From NCBI GenBank assembly GCA_944392255.1, contig CALXVY010000002.1, positions 11,106 to 75,105 of the forward strand: a stretch of DNA of 64,000 nt. Direction: 5' to 3'. Positions 63,860 to 64,000 of this stretch are shown here, one piece after another (positions within the stretch are counted from its first letter, which is position 1; every line of letters starts with the position of its first letter). The notes under the pieces were generated by a model. The model worked only from the letters and a program-made list of their open reading frames with translations. It was not told the origin of the DNA and made no database searches. This DNA comes from an uncultured Alphaproteobacteria bacterium. Its GTDB lineage: Bacteria > Pseudomonadota > Alphaproteobacteria > RF32 > CAG-239. A program made the translations under genes and the position numbers.

Positions 63860-64000
63860 TTATTTCAAGATTTTAGAAACTACACCAGCACCTACAGTGT
63901 GACCACCTTCACGAATAGCAAAACGAAGACCTTCGTTCATTGCAATCGGGTGAATCAATTTTGCTGTCATGCGAATGTTATCGCCAGGCATTACCATTTC
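63860..64000 (-). CDS. tuf: elongation factor Tu, second copy (only C-terminal 46 codons in window)
   Basis: nucleotide-identical to the 3' end of the tuf at 18586-18730 (...[14 protein letters not shown] stop); classic tufB-tRNATrp-secE-nusG arrangement. Confidence 0.9.
   Translation of the reverse strand, partial: EMVMPGDNIRMTAKLIHPIAMNEGLRFAIREGGHTVGAGVVSKILK

Overview
This 64-kb window from a low-GC (AT-rich) alphaproteobacterial chromosome carries the Rhizobiales-type ribosomal/RNA-polymerase superoperon on the minus strand (coordinates low to high): adk(partial)-secY | spc operon (rplO..rplN) | S10 operon (rpsQ..rpsJ) | tuf-fusA-rpsG-rpsL | rpoC-rpoB | rplL-rplJ-rplA-rplK | nusG-secE | tRNA-Trp | second tuf copy (partial, at the 3' window edge). 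A plus-strand block (23.4-41.7 kb) holds kdsD-lptC-lptA-lptB-rpoN-hpf-ptsN, an orphan sensor kinase, infA, miaB-phoH-ybeY-lnt, an XRE regulator and trmB; folD, yggT/yggU and two unusual genes lie on the minus strand within it. The main observation is that almost every normally fixed junction of the superoperon carries lineage-specific inserted genes: rplO|secY (3 small envelope genes); tuf|rpsJ (a complete Preiss-Handler NAD salvage operon nadM-pncA-pncB-nadE plus two ACP-like paralogs and two paralogous 101-aa genes, with repeated terminator hairpins); rplL|rpoB (an ankyrin-repeat protein and a putative secreted HExxH protein); rplK|nusG (an OB-fold-like protein and an extended AnmK); secE|tRNA-Trp (a hypothetical gene and a degenerate tRNA-Trp-derived fragment); and trmB|rpoC (four orphan membrane/secreted proteins, one a 679-aa bitopic protein with internal repeats). 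Other signals are a family of nested palindromic repeats with compensatory arm changes around both tuf copies, a GC-rich motif present twice in the NAD island, recurring GAGTC-containing motifs in operon leaders, and two sRNA/attenuator candidates. All protein calls rest on recognised motifs and gene order; no database search was possible, so family assignments for the non-housekeeping genes are provisional.
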